This document shows, piece by piece, positions 59,501 to 64,000 of a DNA stretch of 64,000 nucleotides. A program made the translations under genes and the position numbers. The number at the start of each line of letters is the position of its first letter. The first letter of the stretch is position 1. The notes under the pieces are model-generated. The model was not told the origin of the DNA. It was given only the letters and a program-made list of their open reading frames with translations, and searched no databases. The DNA is from Macrostomum lignano (lineage: Eukaryota), in the NCBI GenBank assembly GCA_002269645.1, contig NIVC01000987.1, positions 46,406 through 110,405 on the forward strand, written 5' to 3'.

Positions 59501-62500
59501 CAGAGGGTAGTGAGCATTGGAATGTGATGCATATTTATTTATTTATGTTTATAGATTCTAGCCTGGTTTTGCTTATTAATGAGTCTTAATCACTTCCAGC
59601 TAGTGGTCTAGCCTGTTGTTATCGTTGGTACTTCCGGTTCTCTAATTGGCGGGGGCGTAATCTCCAACTTCCGGTCCTCTAATCAGGGTTATAATCTCCC
59701 AACTTCCGGTTCTCTAATTGTGGTTATAATCTCCAACTTCCGGTCCTCTAATCGGGGTTATAATCTCCCAACTTCCGGTTCTCTAATTGTGGTTATAATC
59801 TCCCAACTTCTGGTACTCAAATCTGGGTTATAGTCCCCCAACTTCCGGTTCTCTAATTGTGGTTATAATCTCCCAACTTCCGGTACTCAAATCTGGGTTA
59901 TAGTCTCCCAACTTCCGGTTCTCTAATTGTGGTTATAATCTCCCAACTTCCGGTACTCAAATCTGGGTTATAGTCTCCCAACTTCCGGTTCTCTAATTGT
60001 GGTTATAATCTCCCAACTTCCGGTACTCAAATCTGGGTTATAGTCTCCCAACTTCCGGTTCTCTAATTGTGGTTATAATCTCCCAACTTCCGGTACTCAA
60101 ATCTGGGTTATAGTCTCCCAACTTCCGGTTCTCTAATTGTGGTTATAATCTCCCAACTTCCGGTACTCAAATCTGGGTTATAGTCTCCCAACTTCCGGTT
60201 CTCTAATTGTGGTTATAATCTCCCAACTTCCGGTACTCAAATCTGGGTTATAGTCTCCCAACTTCCGGTTCTCTAATTGTGGTTATAATCTCCCAACTTC
60301 CGGTTCTCTAATTGGGGTTATAATCTCCCAACTTTCGGTCTTTATAATTGGGGTTCCAAATCTAATCTCCAACTTCCGGTCCTCTAATAGGGGGGTTCTC
60401 ATTTTTTACTTTCGGTTCAGTAATGCTTTTTACTTGCTGCTTGCTTGACAAATTTACAATAAAAATAAATTTACAAAAATTCTTCAATTTACAAAAAGTC
60501 TCATCAGGCTCCCATAATAAACAGCACAAACCCAAATACAAATCAAAGCGGCAGTGCAAGAAGTAAGAACCCCAAGAAAATGAGATAAAGCACATCTAGT
60601 TAGCTATAAGTGAGCTCCATCAATGATGAATGAAGCTTCACAAACACGCTGTATCAACATGAAATGATTGTCATGAAATCATTTTGAACCACAGAATTTA
60701 GTTGCAATAGAAAAACTCCTTTTGCTACTGATCCGGGTGTCAACGCAGATAATAAAGATATGATAAATAAATGAATAAGCAGAAGAAATTTTAATTCTTG
60801 TTTTCCTATGCTTGATAAAATGGATTTTTTATAATGTCAAGGCGCATTGCTCAAATGAGTTCTCCCACACAGACCTAAACCCCAGACTAGAAGACAAACT
60901 TGCAAATTGCTCTGCTCCAAAAACCCACGGAAATTCCTTCGTATGCTTGGAAAGCTGTAGCAATGAATAGGATAAGTCACAATAGGAACGCTTGGGGGTT
61001 GGTGGGGGGGCAGGGAGCAAGGAGTCACTGCAGCTGTCTGAGTCTCTGAGGAAAAAGAGCCTTCATTTACAGTATCGATTTTCTGTCCCCACCCGCTCTA
61101 CTGTACCCCCACTGTTCAGAAAAATAATTGATTTTTTCCAGTCAACCACACACATACGCGCAGTTAAGCAAGGACCATTGCTTGTTGCTAACTTTAGTCT
61201 CACTATATAACTCTTTAATTATCTACAATGTATCTGCTTTATAACTTCAGTACAGTTTTATTGTATATTTTTATTATTCTATTTTTGGTAATATGAGTAA
61301 TATCAAAAATCTCTAATTCTCTGTCTCTCTAAAGGGGGCTGTGAATCTCTAATTAATCACGGGTGACTAATATCCTACTTCCGGTTCTCTAATTAATAAC
61401 TGATGCCTAATCTCTAACTTCCGGTTCTCTAATTAATAACTGATGCCTAATCTCTAACTTCCGGTTCTCTAATTAATAACTGATGCCTAATCTCTAACTT
61501 CCGGTTCTCTAATTAATAACTGATCCCTAATCTCTAACTTCCGGTTCTCCAATTAATAACTGGTGACTAATATCATACTTCCGGTTCTGTAATTAATAAC
61601 TGATCCCTAATATCCTACTTCCGGTTCTCTAATTAATAACTGATCCCTAATCTCTAACTTCCGGTTCTCTAATTAATAACTGATACCTAATCTCTAACTT
61701 CCGGTTCTCTAATTAATAACTGATCCCTAATCTCTAACTTCCGGTTCTCCAATTAATAACTGATCCCTAATCTCTAACTTCCGGTTCTCCAATTAATAAC
61801 TGGTGACTAATATCATACTTCCGGTTCTGTAATTAATAACTGATCCCTAATATCCTACTTCCGGTTCTCTAATTAATAACTGGTGACTAATCTCTAACTT
61901 CCGGTTCTTTAATTAAGATCTTATAGATAGACTATAAACATTATTATACTCACACGGCCACGCTAACAAGCTCTTCCGGGTGCACCAATCGATATTTGCC
62001 AACATTGGCAGCTGCCTGTTGCGAACCAGGCTGCCCAGCGGCCGATGGCAGTACTAGCACAGATGCCGCCTGTTGTTGCTGAGACTGAGGAGGTGCAGTT
62101 GCAGCCTCCATTATAAGAGATTTTCTAGCCATTGCCGATGACCCGTCAGCAGCAGCGGCTGTTTGAGTATCGTTACGATTATCGCTCTCATTCGGCTCAT
62201 CTGCATCCGTGTCTTGACTGCTGCAGGCCAAAGCTGAGGCTGGATAAACAACTCGACCGTACCAGCTGCGGATTAGTGCGAGTTGAGAATGATTTATATA
62301 ATTTTATTATCAAAATGATACATAATTATATGCATATAAAAGTACATAGGAAAGTACATGCACATACTCAATGAACGAAAAATGTACACATTAACCATAT
62401 GAATGTACATAATGGCCATACGAATGCACCTAAATTGTACTCGTTATGTGCATAAACGGCCATATACACACTAATAACCATATTAATGTACATAAATGGA

Positions 62501-63443
62501 CCTTACTAATGTACATAAATGGACCTCACTAATGTACATAAATGGACCATACTAATGTACATAAATATAGACCATACTAATGTACATAAGTGGACCACAC
62601 TAATGTACATAAATGGGCCTTACTAATGTACATAAATATAGACCATACTAATGTACATAAATGGGTCATACTAATGTACATAAATGGGCCTTACTAATGT
62701 ACATAAATGGGCCATACTAATGTACATAAATGGGCCTTACTAATGTACATAAATATAGACCATACTAATGTACATAAGTGGGCCACACTAATGTACATAA
62801 ATGGGTCATAATAATGTACATAAATGGGCCTTACTAATGTACATAAATAGACCTTACTAATGTACATAAATTGACCTTACTAATGTACATAAATGGGCCA
62901 TACTAATGTACATAAATAGGCCTTACTAATGTACATAAATAGACCTTACTAATGTACATAAATTGACCTTACTAATGTACATAAATATAGACCATACTAA
63001 TGTACATAAGTGGGCCACACTAATGTACATAAATGGGTCATACTATTATTACATAGTCATATTACTGTATAGAAATGGTCCGATTAATGTAAATAAATTT
63101 GCCATATTACTTTACGAGTACATAAACGAAAATGTACATGATAAACGAAAGCAATAAAATCGAACTCATTCCACTCACGCTATCTGCTGATCACGCGAGC
63201 GCTTCTCCAATCGATCCAAAACTTTCTCCTGATGTCGAACAGTCTCCTCCAGCTTCTGTTTAGTCTTCTCAAGCGAGCCAATTCTGTTAACCACCTCAGA
63301 CCAGTTTGCGTCGGAGCCCAGAGCATTATGAAATGCGGTCTCAATATTGACAATTTGAAATAGGAATTTGTGCACAAGAACTTCTACTACTTTGCCGTTG
63401 ATCTCGAATTCTGGCAGAACTGAAAACAGTTTATATGGAATGG
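53581..63443 (-). CDS. SETDB1: Histone H3K9 methyltransferase SETDB1/eggless (Tudor, MBD, pre-SET, bifurcated SET, post-SET); 5' end probably beyond the window; 1-nt frameshift near 57722
   Basis: Exons 63179-63443, 61954-62265, 58991-59496, 57136-57790, 55985-56378, 54569-55403, 53581-53953. Tudor [14 protein letters not shown] and [11 protein letters not shown]; [15 protein letters not shown] and APCGRRIRN; pre-SET CDCTDGC; [13 protein letters not shown]...(acidic insert)...[16 protein letters not shown]; ELCWDYNY; post-[16 protein letters not shown]. Confidence 0.95.
54000..54535. repeat. GAGATAAGAGATGAGAACTGT minisatellite in the last SETDB1 intron
   Basis: Direct inspection. Confidence 0.88.
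55420..55935. repeat. GGGATTTGAAGATT degenerate minisatellite in a SETDB1 intron
   Basis: Direct inspection. Confidence 0.85.
57835..58964. repeat. 20-bp minisatellite (ATCACACTATATACCTATCA), about 55 copies
   Basis: Direct inspection. Confidence 0.97.
59628..60390. repeat. 35-bp minisatellite (70-bp dimer) with ACTTCCGGT core
   Basis: Alternating variants; about 20 ACTTCCGGT cores counted by eye. Confidence 0.95.
61375..61912. repeat. 40-bp minisatellite with ACTTCCGGT core
   Basis: 14 copies counted by eye. Confidence 0.95.
62480..63040. repeat. 21-bp minisatellite (ACTAATGTACATAAATGGGCC)
   Basis: Direct inspection. Confidence 0.93.
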
Positions 63444-63494
63444 CTAAATCGATTGTGGGGTCATTATGGTTCACCAATGACTCCCAGTTAGGCA

Positions 63495-63985
63495 ATGAAT
63501 AACCCCATGAAGCACCTAATGACCCTATGAAGCACCGAATGACCCCATGAAGCACCGAATGACCCCATGAAGCACCGAATGACCCTATGAAGCACCGAAT
63601 GACCCATGAAGCACCGAATGACCCCATGAAGCACCGAATGACCCTATTAAGCACCGAATGACCCCATGAAGCACCTAATGACCCCATGAAGCACCTAATG
63701 ACCCCATGAAGCACCAAATGACCCATGAAGCATCGAATGACCCATGAAGCACTGAATGACCCATGAACCACCTAATGACCCCATGAAGCACCTAATGACT
63801 CATGAACCACCTAATGACCCCATGGTGCACTGAATGACCCCATGGAGCACTGAATGACCCATGAAGCACTGAATGACACCATGAAGCACGAATGACCCCA
63901 TGAATCACCGAATGACCCCATGATGCACTGAATGACCCCATGAAGCACCGATGACCCAGGAAGCGCCGAATGACCATGTAAAGCC
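63495..63985. repeat. About 20-bp minisatellite (ATGAAGCACCGAATGACCCC)
   Basis: Direct inspection; source of the repetitive N-terminus of ORF 63175..63771. Confidence 0.92.
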
Positions 63986-64000
63986 CTAAATGACAAAGCA

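Overview
Eukaryotic (animal) genomic DNA: intron-containing genes with GT-AG junctions, GC-rich exons, and most long introns filled by their own minisatellite. The style suggests a lophotrochozoan such as the flatworm Macrostomum; this is inference only. Genes reconstructed by eye: an SLC16 monocarboxylate transporter (-, with a frameshift and a damaged splice donor), an anion-selective Cys-loop receptor of the lophotrochozoan GluCl type (-), a decayed secreted PAN/LamG-like gene (-), an SLC18B1-like MFS transporter (+), RRM2 with an uninterrupted CDS (-) and SETDB1 (-, one frameshift, 5' end probably outside the window). There is also a family of zinc-finger/coiled-coil/NHL (TRIM-like) genes: two intact copies, one pseudogene and one 3' fragment, with divergence concentrated in the propeller. 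Mobile DNA: a complete 3.8-kb Chapaev-like (CMC, RAG1/Transib-related) transposon with 125-bp TIRs, a TGAC target-site duplication and an intact 710-aa transposase; four copies of a tRNA-derived SINE; two MITE-like elements; and a 156-bp foldback palindrome. Most long ORFs in the supplied track are translations of tandem repeats or antisense shadows. All alignments and counts were done by eye, not computed.
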